From: Wickerhamiella versatilis
Taxonomy: Eukaryota
Length of the DNA stretch: 64,000 bases
NCBI GenBank assembly: GCA_030867685.1
Contig: JAQOWU010000007.1
Coordinates: 2,046,001-2,110,000, forward strand
Reading direction: 5' to 3'
Below the pieces are notes generated by a model, which was not told the DNA's origin, did no database searches, and saw only the letters and a list, made by a program, of their open reading frames with translations. Position numbers and translations under genes: made by a program. Of this stretch, positions 1 to 11,300 are shown piece after piece (within the stretch, counting starts at the first letter, position 1; every line of letters begins with the position of its first letter).

Positions 1-1
1 C

Positions 2-184
2 AAGCACTTCCTTGACCCCTCAGCCTTCGTCAAGGCTAAGCTCAACAACCAGGGCATTGCAACTTTGGGATACTCTCATGCTCTTCGTCCAGGTGTCACC
101 CTTGGCGTTGGTCTCCTTGCTGACATCCAGCGTCTTGATGAGAGTGCACACAAGGTTGGTCTATCTCTGAAGTTCAGTGCCTAA
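2..184 (+). CDS. POR1: Mitochondrial porin/VDAC, 3' end (partial, runs off window start)
   Basis: Manual translation of frame +2 gives KHFLDPSAFVKAKLNNQGIATLGYSHALRPGVTLGVGLLADIQRLDESAHKVGLSLKFSA*, which matches the VDAC C-terminal beta strands (VKAKxNN, LRPGVTLG, HKVGL). Confidence 0.93.
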   Translation, partial: KHFLDPSAFVKAKLNNQGIATLGYSHALRPGVTLGVGLLADIQRLDESAHKVGLSLKFSA

Positions 185-266
185 GCTTGTGCTGACCAGA
201 GGGATAGAACATATCTTTTTTTTGGCTAATCGTCAGTATCGTAAACTTAAGTCCGTCTATAAGTTT

Positions 267-884
267 CTATCGTAAAAGAAGATAAATCGCGCTTCCACCA
301 ATCATTGCCATTCCAGCAGCCTTCAGTGCTAACTTGGTGCCAGAGGTCGGCATTGGTGGCTCTTTCTTCGCCTTTGGCGCATGATCCCTATTGGAACCTT
401 TTCTATGAGCATCATAACGTTGTTGGTTTCGTAAGTGGCTTTCGTAGTCAAAATGGGAGGCATCATTGACTGTATGATCACGATAGCGTGGCCTCAGCGG
501 GTCTAAGTGAGCACTATGTCGTGCACGATGTTGGCGTCCATAATAGGGCCGTGCTTGAAACCTGTGCCCGGAAGCTGCCCGTGGAGTTCCTTGCCACGAA
601 CCTTGGTTAGTGGGCCTCCGGTATCCACCAGGACGACGCACTGCTGCCCCGAGACTCATGTCAAAGTCATGTCGTGCCTTCTTGTTTGAAAGCACGGCAT
701 AAGCAGCAGTAATCTGCTGGTACTTTTCTTGACCTGCCTCCTTGTTACGGTCCGGATGGTAATGGCGTGAGAGCTCGTAAAATCTCCGCTTTATCTCCTT
801 GGCAGAAGCTCCCACCGACACTCCCAAAATATCATAGTGATTTTGACGAATTCGCGGCACCGGTGATGTGCTGAAGAGCCGCAT
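267..884 (-). CDS. J-domain (DnaJ) co-chaperone, probably mitochondrial, with C-terminal membrane anchor
   Basis: NHYDILGV...IKRRFYELSRHYHPDRN J-domain with HPD motif; Arg/Ser-rich N-terminus; hydrophobic C-terminal tail. Confidence 0.85.
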   Translation of the reverse strand: MRLFSTSPVPRIRQNHYDILGVSVGASAKEIKRRFYELSRHYHPDRNKEAGQEKYQQITAAYAVLSNKKARHDFDMSLGAAVRRPGGYRRPTNQGSWQGTPRAASGHRFQARPYYGRQHRARHSAHLDPLRPRYRDHTVNDASHFDYESHLRNQQRYDAHRKGSNRDHAPKAKKEPPMPTSGTKLALKAAGMAMIGGSAIYLLLR

Positions 885-1350
885 TACAACGAATTATATT
901 GGAAAAAACCTACTCCTATACTTGTTATTCACCGCCATCTAATGCATTATTAATAGAACATTAAGGTAGAGTGGTGCTTCGTTGCATTCAATATTCATAT
1001 ACATTAGGCCATAAAATTTCAGAGATTCTTGATTATTTGTGAGTATTTACAAGCACATTTAGCGTTATTTTCAGTTTGAGACCATGAATTACCCTTTGTT
1101 GCGTAGAATGGGAGACCTAGTGTAGGAAGTAAGCGCCGACTAGCTACAAATGTACCGTTTTGCTGTTTTATAATCACAATCTAGTCAACCCTGGTTCATT
1201 AATGACTGAAATTGAGATCTGAAACTCGCAAAATACAATGTGAATGTAATATCTGAACTTGCAAGAGTCCAGTAGGTTAGGCTTTGAGTGCAATAAGCTC
1301 AGACCCTTTATAAAGTATTCTAGCGCGCTCTTCAGAGAAACTTTCACACA

Positions 1351-3882
1351 ATGGGAAAGGCGGATGATAATTATAGCTCATCAGCCACGGACTCTTTTCC
1401 AAGCACTTCCAAGACCAATTTGGGGGTATTGCACCAAATTGAGTCCTTAAACGACGGGAGCTTTTCCGAGCAAGACTTAGAAACTATTGCATACCACCTT
1501 GACGACTATACAGTTGATGATGCGTACGACATTGTTCGAAATGCTATCACAGAGCACGAGAATGATCCATGTCTTCCAGAATCAACATGGACAAGAATCA
1601 ATCATTTAGTTGATGATTCGGATTCCAAAGCGACCGATAAGTCTATGTGGGAAATTAACTTGAAGTTTGAAGCCTTTTTGATTCACCAATGGTCAATATA
1701 TCCGGAAGTTCGCTCAGTCACCAAGCCGATAGATGAGTCTGATCCCGAGGGTTATGAAAATCTACGCGTCTATGTCATTGCTATTCTATGGAGCTGTGCC
1801 GGCTCATGCCTTGCCACGTTTTTTGCTGTACGCTATCCAGCCATATCTCTAGGCTCGGTAGCTCTGCAGATTTTGATTGCATACACCGGACACCTGTGGG
1901 CTCTAGTGATGCCTTCAATCGTAAATAGAGGCCCATGGACATTCAAAGAGCAGATGCTTGCCACATTGATGATGTCTGCATCTTCTTCCAGCCCGTATTC
2001 CCAGGATGCTATCATAACACAGTCCAACGACTATTTTTACGGATTCCCTCAGGCCAAGAGCTTTGGCTATGTGATAATGTTGACTTTAAGCTCTCAATTT
2101 ATGGGATTTGGCATTGCTGGGATTCTTCGCAACTTCTTGGTTTATCCAGTGCGCTGCGTATGGTATGGGGTCTTGCCCAGTATTGCAATCTCCCGTACAC
2201 TTACAACGAAGGACAGTCGTGAGAATATCAATGGTTGGAGGATGCGCCGGTATGAATTTTTCTGGCTTTTCGTGCTCCTATTTTTTGGCTGGTATTGGGT
2301 AACCACATTCCTATTCTCAGCTCTTGGATATTTTGACTGGATCGCATGGATCGCGCCCAACAACGTCAAGTTGCAGGCAATTACTGGATGTATGAGCGGT
2401 CTTGCACTAAACCCAATTTCCTCCTTTGATCCGTCAATTTTTGGTGTAGGGTCGATGATCACGCCATGGGAGGCAACTCTGGTCAGTTTCATTGGCACCA
2501 TCATATCGTTCTTTGCCATCGTCATAATATGGTTCACAAATGTTCGCTGGACAGGCTATCTACCCATAAATACGAATGGGATATTCGCAAATGACGGTTC
2601 TCGCTACCAAATACGCAAGGTGCTCAATTCGAGAAACCTGCTGGATATCGAGAAATACCAGCAGTACTCACTGCCATTTTGGTCTGCTGGTAATATTGTG
2701 GTGTACGGTTCATTTTTCATGCTCTATCCGGCAATGATAGTCTACGCGGCTCTCAATTACGGAAAGATTATTATTAGTAGCGTCTCATTGTTTTTTAAGA
2801 GCCTGATGACCCCATCTGAAAAGGCATTGGAAAGGCATAATGACCGGTTTTCGCGTACCCAGCAGCGCTATGCTGAAGTTCCTGAATTGTGGTTCCTTGG
2901 GGTCCTCCTATCTTCGATTGGACTTGCCATTGCTACGGTAGAATACTACAACTTCACCACAACGCCCGTATGGACGATATTTTTCGGGGTCGGCCTGTCA
3001 TTGATCTTCATGATACCTACTGGGTATTTATTTGCCACCACAAATGTAACTTTTTTCATCTCCGTGCTATTTGAGCTAATAATTGGATATGCATTGCCTG
3101 GAAACGGCAATGCTCTAATGGTATCGAAGGTCTATGGTGCCAATTTCATGTCACAAACGGATAATTATATCACGAATCAGGTGCAAGGTCACTATTGTGG
3201 TATAGCACCCCGCTCGCTCTTTCGAGGACAGATGATTGCTACTTTAGCCAATACCTTCGTCCAAGCAGGCTTGATGTACTGGCAGAGTTATGGAGGAATA
3301 CCGGATATGTGCAACCCCAAAAATAAGGATAGGATGACGTGTTTATCGCAGCAAACCTACTTCAGCGCAGCAGTGCAGTGGGGTACTATCGGCCCAAAAC
3401 GGGTATTTAAAGGACTCTACCCTACAATGAAGTACTGTTTTCTGATAGGTGCTATCTATCCAATTCCTTTCTGGCTAGCACGTACCCTGGCGAAACGATA
3501 CAGACGGTGGAATTTGCTGAAGAAACTTTTGAGTTTTAATGAAATGGTTTGCTTGGTGGGAGCCATATCCTGGGCTCCACAAAATTTTATGTATACAATT
3601 CCTCCAGTTATTATAGGGTTTTGCTTTAACCACGTTATCAAAAGTAAGTATCCTCGTTGGTGGGCGAAGTACAACTATATTCTTTATGCGGCCATAAATG
3701 TTGCAATAGGATATGCAGCACTTATTGAATTCTTTGCCACAGAATATACTCACCCGGTTGAAATTGATTGGTGGGGGAATAATGTATACACCAATACTCT
3801 TGACGGCCAACAGAGTGCAGCCAGAATAGCGGTATCACCTGCCCGCGGCTACTTTGGGCCCGAAAAAGGCAGTTTTCCCTGA
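1351..3882 (+). CDS. OPT-family oligopeptide transporter
   Basis: SIYPEVRSVT (SPYxEVR motif), GPWTFKEQML, WWAKYNYIL and WWGN motifs; many TM segments; TATA-like TTTATAAA at about 1307. Confidence 0.95.
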   Translation: MGKADDNYSSSATDSFPSTSKTNLGVLHQIESLNDGSFSEQDLETIAYHLDDYTVDDAYDIVRNAITEHENDPCLPESTWTRINHLVDDSDSKATDKSMWEINLKFEAFLIHQWSIYPEVRSVTKPIDESDPEGYENLRVYVIAILWSCAGSCLATFFAVRYPAISLGSVALQILIAYTGHLWALVMPSIVNRGPWTFKEQMLATLMMSASSSSPYSQDAIITQSNDYFYGFPQAKSFGYVIMLTLSSQFMGFGIAGILRNFLVYPVRCVWYGVLPSIAISRTLTTKDSRENINGWRMRRYEFFWLFVLLFFGWYWVTTFLFSALGYFDWIAWIAPNNVKLQAITGCMSGLALNPISSFDPSIFGVGSMITPWEATLVSFIGTIISFFAIVIIWFTNVRWTGYLPINTNGIFANDGSRYQIRKVLNSRNLLDIEKYQQYSLPFWSAGNIVVYGSFFMLYPAMIVYAALNYGKIIISSVSLFFKSLMTPSEKALERHNDRFSRTQQRYAEVPELWFLGVLLSSIGLAIATVEYYNFTTTPVWTIFFGVGLSLIFMIPTGYLFATTNVTFFISVLFELIIGYALPGNGNALMVSKVYGANFMSQTDNYITNQVQGHYCGIAPRSLFRGQMIATLANTFVQAGLMYWQSYGGIPDMCNPKNKDRMTCLSQQTYFSAAVQWGTIGPKRVFKGLYPTMKYCFLIGAIYPIPFWLARTLAKRYRRWNLLKKLLSFNEMVCLVGAISWAPQNFMYTIPPVIIGFCFNHVIKSKYPRWWAKYNYILYAAINVAIGYAALIEFFATEYTHPVEIDWWGNNVYTNTLDGQQSAARIAVSPARGYFGPEKGSFP

Positions 3883-3963
3883 ACTTTTATTATTGCCATT
3901 TTATTTCCAGAAATGCTATGTTGGTCTCTATATATACTACTACTACCTAACCGTTAACAATTT

Positions 3964-4401
3964 TTAGAATTGACTTGACGTGCCCAAGCAAGCCTTGAGC
4001 TGGTCCATATACCATTGGCAAACCCTGATGTCGCCATTGTTCTGGTCCATACATTGGGTGAAAGAGCGGGCATCCGTCTCACAACGGCCCTCAGCAGAGC
4101 TTTCCTGGGCATACTGCATAGGCTGCTGCTGCTCAACAGGGGCACTGGATGAACCGCCACCAAAGATAGACGAGACACCGTTTGCAATAGTGTGGCCAGC
4201 TGCACTACCCACAGCTACACCGGCTGCTGTGGATGCCATTTGGGAAAAGAGTCCAGGCTGGCGCTGTCCTTGAACCGGAGCGTGCTGAGCAGGAGCCGGC
4301 GCAGGAGCACGGGCCTGTGTGTGGCTAGGAGCAGCCATTGTGCTGGCACTGCGGGATGGTGCCGAGCGAGCTGGAGCAGATCGACCACGTGAACGAGGCA
4401 T
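3964..4401 (-). CDS. MIX17: Mitochondrial twin-CX9C protein Mix17 (CHCHD2/10 family)
   Basis: PGLFSQMASTAAGVAVGS central motif and C-terminal CX9C-CX9C. Confidence 0.93.
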   Translation of the reverse strand: MPRSRGRSAPARSAPSRSASTMAAPSHTQARAPAPAPAQHAPVQGQRQPGLFSQMASTAAGVAVGSAAGHTIANGVSSIFGGGSSSAPVEQQQPMQYAQESSAEGRCETDARSFTQCMDQNNGDIRVCQWYMDQLKACLGTSSQF

Positions 4402-4798
4402 GATATATATTTGTTAGCTAAGTGGCGTACCCAGGTATTTATATGATTCTGTTAGTAATCCCTCCGATTTCCCGGGCCAACGTTCTATTGCTTCTATGCT
4501 GAGAGCATCTAAAACAATATATATCGCTGAAAGTGCATTGAGTTAGAAGACAGACAGAGAGAGAGAATTATACTTTAATATTGTTTCGTTGACATTGGTG
4601 CATTTGTCTCTTAATTAAATAATAACTGGGCTGGAAGAATAATATACAAAAAAACTATATCCTATGTGCAATAATTTACGACAGTAAAATCTCGAGGAAA
4701 TGGCTTCCTATGTCCCTAGATCGTGTTTGGTCATTGGCACTACTGAGCCAATAGCAGTGCATCCAATATTCTGACATAATCAAACTGAAGGACGAAGG

Positions 4799-6154
4799 AT
4801 GCTTAGGGTGATCCCTCGAATTTCAGCTCGAGTAGGATTCCCGCGTGCCGTCAGATGGCAGAGTAAGTATGCACAGCAGGTTCCTAATGTTCCCAACCCA
4901 ATAGGACAGCCTCTCGACCCAGATTTTGGCAAGACCACTGTAACTGAAGACTTGTCGATACCGGAAGAAAAGAGTCCTAAGGAGAACAAAATCCGCCACT
5001 TCACGGTTAACTTCGGCCCGCAACATCCTGCCTGTCACGGTGTGTTGCGGTTGGTTCTCGAGCTTAGTGGAGAGGAGATAATTCGGGCGGACCCGCACAT
5101 CGGTCTTTTGCACCGTGGTACAGAAAAACTGTGTGAATACAAAACCTATGCTCAAGCCCTACCTTATTTTGATCGACTGGACTACTGCTCTATGATGGTT
5201 AATGAGTCTGTGTTCAGCTTGGCAACCGAGAAGCTTCTCAACATTGACATCCCACTCCGTGCCAAGTACATCCGTACGTTATTTGGTGAAATTACGCGTT
5301 GTATCAATCACCTAATGCAAGTTCTATCGCAGGCTATGGATGTTGGTGCACTGACGCCTTTCCTCTGGGGTCTGGAGGAGCGAGAAAAACTTATGGAATT
5401 CTACGAGCGTGTGAGCGGTGCTCGCATGCACTCTGCATATGTTCGACCGGGAGGTGTTGCCCATGACCTACCAGATGGTCTTCTAGATGATATTTTTATG
5501 TGGGCCACTCAGTTTGGTGACCGTCTCGATGAAGTGGAAGAACTTCTTACTGATAATCGAATCTGGAAGCTCCGTACCATCGACGTTGGTGTCATTTCTG
5601 CCGAGGACGCGTTGAGCTATGGTCTTAGTGGTGTAATGCTTCGTGGTTCCGGTATTCCCTTCGATATCCGTAAGTCACAGCCGTACGATGCCTACGACAA
5701 GGTTGACTTCGACGTACCTGTTGGTGTTAAGGGTGATTGCTATGATAGATATCTCTGCCGTATGTCTGAATTCCGCCAGAGTCTTCGTATCATCGAACAG
5801 TGCTGCAACCAGATGCCCAGTGGACCCCATAAGGTCGAGGACTGGAAGATCACCCCACCGCCCCGTAGCGCTATGAAGGAAGATATGGAGGCCTTGATCC
5901 ACCACTTCCTGCTCTACACTAAGGGTGTGGCAGTTCCACCCGGGGAGACTTATGTAGCAGTTGAGGCCCCGAAGGGTGGTATGGGTGTCTTCCTTGTGTC
6001 TGATGGTACCGAAAGGCCTTACCGAGTGCGTATCCGTGCGCCAGGCTTTGCCAGTCTTGGTGCCATGGATCACATTGCACGCAGCCATTTCTTACCCGAT
6101 CTGGTCACCATTATTGGAACACTGGACCTGGTGTTTGGTGAAGTGGACCGTTAA
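4799..6154 (+). CDS. NADH:ubiquinone oxidoreductase (complex I) 49-kDa subunit (NDUFS2/NUCM)
   Basis: NFGPQHPxxHGVLRL, [22 protein letters not shown], terminal DLVFGEVDR; mitochondrial presequence. Confidence 0.97.
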   Translation: MLRVIPRISARVGFPRAVRWQSKYAQQVPNVPNPIGQPLDPDFGKTTVTEDLSIPEEKSPKENKIRHFTVNFGPQHPACHGVLRLVLELSGEEIIRADPHIGLLHRGTEKLCEYKTYAQALPYFDRLDYCSMMVNESVFSLATEKLLNIDIPLRAKYIRTLFGEITRCINHLMQVLSQAMDVGALTPFLWGLEEREKLMEFYERVSGARMHSAYVRPGGVAHDLPDGLLDDIFMWATQFGDRLDEVEELLTDNRIWKLRTIDVGVISAEDALSYGLSGVMLRGSGIPFDIRKSQPYDAYDKVDFDVPVGVKGDCYDRYLCRMSEFRQSLRIIEQCCNQMPSGPHKVEDWKITPPPRSAMKEDMEALIHHFLLYTKGVAVPPGETYVAVEAPKGGMGVFLVSDGTERPYRVRIRAPGFASLGAMDHIARSHFLPDLVTIIGTLDLVFGEVDR

Positions 6155-6309
6155 ATGAAGCTTATACTATATTAACGCTGGTAAGATTTGATACTATTTT
6201 CTACTTATCTACTAAATAGGATATGCAAAGCTTAAAAAAGTGGACGATTATTGTCGGTAGGACTTTTTCACGCATGTATGTATGCTGCTGATATGCACGG
6301 GGGCGGTGG

Positions 6310-6876
6310 TCACTGGGTTCGAATAAGTTCCTCAAGATACTGGCTCGGTGGTCGGAGGCGCGGCTTAGGTTCTCGGGAAGTTGTTGTGGGCGGATTATTT
6401 ACTTGTTGAATGCTTCGGCGACTTGAGGTGCCTTCGTGCACAAAACTGGGAGGCCGAGCCCGCGCAGCGGCATTGTTCTGAATATTGTAATAGCCTGCTG
6501 GCAAATGGCCATCTACGGTCCCTATCGGCGCGTTCATAGACCCATGCACCATTGCCTCATGCGTGGGACTGAAAAAGCTGAACGTTGGTGTGGTGTGGCG
6601 ATTAGGTTTGGCTTTCTTAGCGGTTGATTCATTGGAAGCGTAAGAAGCAACGGTAGCAGGATCTTTCTCCTCCGAAATGCCACTGTCCGATAGGTTTGCT
6701 GCTCGCCGTCCTTGCCAAATACTCACCACGCGCCACACAAGAACAACCACGGCCAGCCCACCAAGGATAGATCCAAATACAATAAATAAAGTACCCTCGG
6801 GATAGATGGTGGTGGCAATGAATGGATTATTCGACTGATCAGGTATTCCTGGGGTGAATGAGTCGTCCTCCGCCAT
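6310..6876 (-). CDS. Single-pass membrane protein resembling the Csi2 family
   Basis: NNPFI...PEGTLFIVFGSILGG followed by one TM helix and a Ser/Pro-rich cytosolic tail (RARPPS, RPPSQYL). Family call is from memory. Confidence 0.6.
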   Translation of the reverse strand: MAEDDSFTPGIPDQSNNPFIATTIYPEGTLFIVFGSILGGLAVVVLVWRVVSIWQGRRAANLSDSGISEEKDPATVASYASNESTAKKAKPNRHTTPTFSFFSPTHEAMVHGSMNAPIGTVDGHLPAGYYNIQNNAAARARPPSFVHEGTSSRRSIQQVNNPPTTTSREPKPRLRPPSQYLEELIRTQ

Positions 6877-7004
6877 GGTAAATATTCCTTAAATTAGATC
6901 CGATGCGTCAGCGGAGCTGATGCCTGGATTATGGCCACGTTGCGCACACACACCTCATGACTGTAGAAATATTTAGAAATATATAGTTATAACTTATTTG
7001 CGAA

Positions 7005-7418
7005 TTAGAATTTTGGTGCATGTGCCACGAGTTTTATCAACTTCGAGTTGGGGGCCTCGCCCTTATATTTGAATGCTGGCCACGCCTCGCGAATGAAACG
7101 TTTGTCAATTTGCCGATGAACCTTCACGAATTTTTTCATTTTTTGCTCAGGAAGTAGTCTCATCAAGATCTGATTGCGTGGATATTTAGAAGCCCTACTG
7201 TCCGAGTTCATATGCGTCATAAGTGCAGTGATAGTCTTGGCAAATGGTCCATATTCAGCTCGATAGTCTTCAATGCTTTGTATCTGAAGAAATGCTAAAA
7301 GGTGCTGCCGGGTTTCAGTATCTGTGCGCATTGAAACTAGTGCGCTGGCCAGATCCTGACAAGTGTTTGATGATGCTCGTGGAAGAAGACGGGAGGCTGG
7401 TGCTTTGATTGGTAGCAT
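7005..7418 (-). CDS. Hypothetical basic protein, possibly mitochondrial
   Basis: First ATG at 7418 (MLPIKAPASRLLPRASS) resembles a presequence; no family recognised. Confidence 0.5.
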   Translation of the reverse strand: MLPIKAPASRLLPRASSNTCQDLASALVSMRTDTETRQHLLAFLQIQSIEDYRAEYGPFAKTITALMTHMNSDSRASKYPRNQILMRLLPEQKMKKFVKVHRQIDKRFIREAWPAFKYKGEAPNSKLIKLVAHAPKF

Positions 7419-8032
7419 TGTTAGTGCCACACAGGCCAAGCCCAGCACCACCTTAAATACTTTTGAAGTAGCTGGTGGGTTACAACTGAGGGCTAGGGCA
7501 AAGCACCACTGAATATCACAGAAGTCGACATATAAGTATTAGAAGCCCGTAATTTGGAGATATTTATTTAACTTAGAACATATAAATAGCTATATATGAC
7601 TGAAAGTACATATAGAGCCCACAGCATGCTCGTTTGATTCGGCCTGCATGTGCCCCAATCGGGTAGAGGGTGTCCACTACTATGTAATCGAAGCCCTGGT
7701 ACGAACAGCTAGCTGGCTACAATCTTTAAAAGGACGAAGCCGTCCGAATGAATCTAGTGGTACCGCCCGTGTAAACTTGTACAATGCTGGTGATCCTAGT
7801 AGGGTGCGATTAAATTAAAGACTTTTTACTTTCCTTTTTCAACGGCTCTGAATACGAGAATACGTGCTCACAAGGGCACTAAGCAGCTGGCTTGGTGCTA
7901 AACCGCCAGAGATACTTAAGTGTTGACGAAGTATCCAGTCATCTGAGTTAAATTAAACAGGGTTGGGGCGCTCCACGAACCCACTCTTGATTACGTAGCG
8001 AAGTTTTTCACTCTTCTAAGCACAGTACTCAG

Positions 8033-8914
8033 ATGAGCTTTGCCAACTCGTTTAGCGTGCTTGGAGACGGAGCTTCGGGCGCGAAGCTCGAACATCAGCC
8101 GCCTGTTGCTCAGTCTACAAGCTCAAAGAAGGGTGATCACGAGAACCCGAAGGCCGATCCGGCGCGGGCCCGCCCTAAGAAGCAGGATCCTAATGGCAAC
8201 AACGCTGCTTTTAAGAACAAGAATGCGGGACGTTCTGCCAACCGCAAGGTTGAGGCCCCGACCACCACTAATAACCACCGCTCTGCCCGTCACGAGCGCA
8301 CCGACCGCCAGAACAAGAGTGGTAAGACCGACACCGCCAAGCGTGTGAAGGCTGGCTGGGGTGACGACAACAAGGTACCTGAGGACGAGGAAGCTGGTGA
8401 AGAGATCGCCCATGCCGATGAGGCGGCCGACCAGGCTGAGGATGAAGCTCTCGAGACCCCGAAGCAGCAGACCCTTGAGGAGTACCTTGCTGAGCAGAAG
8501 GCCGATGGACTCAACGTCAACCGTGGTCCTCGTAAAGCTAACGAGGGTGACAACGCTCTTGCTAATGCTAAGTTGTTGGTCAAGGAGGAGCAGGAACAGG
8601 AAGTTGCTCCTCGCAAGCAGCCAACAAAGCAGAAGACTCAAAAGAAGCAAGTCATGACTCTTGACCCTGTTCCCTCTGCCATGCCCCCGCTCATTCAGCG
8701 CGGCGACGACCGTCGTGGTGGCCGTGGCGGCGCTCGTGGTGATTCCCGTAGCGGTCCTCGTGGCGGCCGTGGTGGTGGCCGCGGTGGTGCTCGTGGTGGT
8801 AGCCGTGGCGGCCGCTCTGGTCGTTCCGACTCGCGCCCATCCTCGAAGCCCAAATCGGATGCGCCTAAGGTTAACCTCGCGGCACTCCCCCGTTTGCCAG
8901 GCCAGACTGCCTAA
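8033..8914 (+). CDS. STM1: Ribosome-binding/preservation factor Stm1 (SERBP1/HABP4 family)
   Basis: N-terminal NSFSVLG, TDRQNKSGKTDT..K.GWG, TLEEYL, RGG-rich tail; strong codon bias. Confidence 0.9.
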   Translation: MSFANSFSVLGDGASGAKLEHQPPVAQSTSSKKGDHENPKADPARARPKKQDPNGNNAAFKNKNAGRSANRKVEAPTTTNNHRSARHERTDRQNKSGKTDTAKRVKAGWGDDNKVPEDEEAGEEIAHADEAADQAEDEALETPKQQTLEEYLAEQKADGLNVNRGPRKANEGDNALANAKLLVKEEQEQEVAPRKQPTKQKTQKKQVMTLDPVPSAMPPLIQRGDDRRGGRGGARGDSRSGPRGGRGGGRGGARGGSRGGRSGRSDSRPSSKPKSDAPKVNLAALPRLPGQTA

Positions 8915-9154
8915 AGGTTTAGTGGGCTATTTGCCGGCAAACCGCTTTCAGAATTCCAATGACCTGAACTTAAATCACATACCAGTCTAGGCCATTATGT
9001 CGACAGGGTTTCGACATGGATAACATTTAACACTGATACGTATGCTTAAACTAAACAAACATGCACGCAAGAGCATCACAGGAGACTCATTTGACTTACT
9101 AGTACAACTGGTTATATCTAAACCTAGAGCCGGTAAAACAGACTATTAAAAAAA

Positions 9155-9838
9155 TTATAGAGCAACGCCAGTTGCTGCCCTCAGTTTAACAAGGGCAGCC
9201 ACTGCGTCTTGTTCCCGAGGAGTGGTATCCCGTAATGATTCGGGGCCAAGGGATGCCCAGTCTTCTTCATCAGTATGTTCACCGATCGTAGGCTCCTCTA
9301 GGTTATCACTGTCATCGTCATCACTAATAATGGCGGACTCCTCTGGTGATGAAGAAAGAGTCGGAATAGGCGGTCTGGATGTTGTTGAAACGCGTCGGTC
9401 TGCCTCAAGCAGAAGCTTGGCACCGTCCATAGATACAGAACGGGTATTCTGAAGCTTCTGATCAACAGCCCAGCGGCCCCATCCGACCTTGCTGAACTTA
9501 ATTCCCGATTTTGAATCACCAGAATCTAGTACCCCGACAATTACACGCCGCTGCTTCGACAGTGACAACCCACCAAATCCAGGTATGGTCTGGGCGAGAT
9601 GGGCTGTGATATGCCGAATAGCCAATGGTCCTTGAGAATGAAGCAGAGCAGCTATCTTAGCTGGAGTTACCGCGGCAGCAGCGGCAAGTGCCACAGGACT
9701 GTGAGTGTTCAATGGCTTATCTAGTGCGGACGAGGAGTGTCGTCGCCTTTGGTTGAGAATCTTTTGATGAGATTGAGTGCTCGTAGCAGACTGTGACTGT
9801 GCACGACCCTTATTCAAGGTTCGGCCGTCGCCTTCCAT
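9155..9838 (-). CDS. STB3: Sin3-binding/RRPE-binding protein Stb3
   Basis: VTPAKIAALLHSQGPLAIRHIT...IPGFGGLSLSKQRRVI...FSKVGWGRW domain; HTDEEDWASLG motif. Confidence 0.88.
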   Translation of the reverse strand: MEGDGRTLNKGRAQSQSATSTQSHQKILNQRRRHSSSALDKPLNTHSPVALAAAAAVTPAKIAALLHSQGPLAIRHITAHLAQTIPGFGGLSLSKQRRVIVGVLDSGDSKSGIKFSKVGWGRWAVDQKLQNTRSVSMDGAKLLLEADRRVSTTSRPPIPTLSSSPEESAIISDDDDSDNLEEPTIGEHTDEEDWASLGPESLRDTTPREQDAVAALVKLRAATGVAL

Positions 9839-10012
9839 CCCTGAACTGACCTGAATAGGAACAACTCGTGGAATGTCAAACTAGGATGAGTCAGCCCCTC
9901 GGAGCTGACGAAATGTATCTGAATCATACCTTAAGCGCACTTTATTTATTTCCTGACCGACTAAACTTCGGAACGGGTTAAAATTAGAGTACCATAACCA
10001 CTGGCCTGGTTC

Positions 10013-10612
10013 TTAATAGCCAAGAGCAGCAAGCTTCTCCGAAACCTCGGCAGGAACCTGAGCCTTAGCACTAGCGATCTTACGCTGCAGAGCGGACTTA
10101 CGCTCATGGTAAGCTGCGCTCTTCGCCTTACGGCGCTCCTCGAGACGAGCGACGACGTCCTGGTATTGCCAGCCGACCTCATGCGAGAGACGGCCAACAG
10201 TGGTGTACTTGCGGCCCGGCTGGAGACGCAAGACCCGGAGGGCCTGGGGCACAACGACACGCTTCTTCTTGTCGTATGGTGGTGGGACACCCTCGAAGAC
10301 ACTCAGGCGCTCGAGAGCGGCCTTGCCTCGCGGTGTCTTGTGACGGATCATACCACGGACGGCCTTATAGAAAACGCGTGACGGGGCTCTGAAGTGGAAA
10401 GGGCCCTTAGTGGGGTTGTAACGAGTAGATTTACGCAAATAAGCGTGGAACTTCAACTTGTTGCGGAAGAACTCACCAGAGATGTTGAGCTCCTCGGCGC
10501 GCACCACGACGACGCGCTGACCATTCAACAGCTGCTTGGCGACAGTCGATGCGAGACGGCCGAGAAGGTGGTCCTTACCATCGATCACAACGACCCCCTG
10601 GAAACTCGACAT
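10013..10612 (-). CDS. RPL16: 60S ribosomal protein L16 (uL13)
   Basis: [36 protein letters not shown]; no intron in the CDS. Confidence 0.98.
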   Translation of the reverse strand: MSSFQGVVVIDGKDHLLGRLASTVAKQLLNGQRVVVVRAEELNISGEFFRNKLKFHAYLRKSTRYNPTKGPFHFRAPSRVFYKAVRGMIRHKTPRGKAALERLSVFEGVPPPYDKKKRVVVPQALRVLRLQPGRKYTTVGRLSHEVGWQYQDVVARLEERRKAKSAAYHERKSALQRKIASAKAQVPAEVSEKLAALGY

Positions 10613-11300
10613 TTGCAGATAAGCTGTGGCTAACCTGTGTGTATACTCTCAGAGTATAGAGGTGAGTCGGAGAGAAACTGGGCAGAAGCCCCGAGCCCCA
10701 ATATCACGTAATAAAAATGTAATCCTTTAGTTATTTTCAGCTTTGTGGCGTGCGTCGAACACGTTTATGACAATTTTATTGCTACCGCGATAGCTACCAT
10801 GATAGAGAGTGAAAATAGGGAGTTGCTTTAAGAAGTATACCTGGTGACTGTGAGTACTCAATCGGGTGATTTTTCTTCTGGCATCGACTGCTTATATCAG
10901 CCATGTGATACTAATTCTGTGTATCATGTGCCATGTGCCATGAGTCATGCAGCAATCCGAAGGTGGAAGGAACGCCAGGCGACGTTTATCAGAAAATTAT
11001 TTGAAAACACAACATTAGTTTGCTATAAATTAAGCGTTTAAAAAAATCCCAGTCCGCTGATCATTATAGCTAAACGGGTAGGAGTGCGTCAAGGAGCAGG
11101 TCAGGTCTTTAAATCAATCTTGATCTAGCACGGTAGATTGCATAATGCTCCGGTGTTTTAAACAGGAGCTACTCAGATATATTATAAGATAATTTGAAGT
11201 GTTCCAAAAATTTATAAGGGTATCAGGCAGACCCACATCCTGGATGGCCCCCGTTGGCTATCTTGCATTTTCCAACCAGCCTTAGACAGTGAAGTGGACT

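Noticed and set aside
7600-7935. GC-richer block after a TATA-like sequence with small hairpins (GGACG-AAGC-CGTCC; GATACTT...AAGTATC)
   Set aside because: No H/ACA, C/D, snRNA, RNase P/MRP or SRP signature on either strand; probably promoter DNA.
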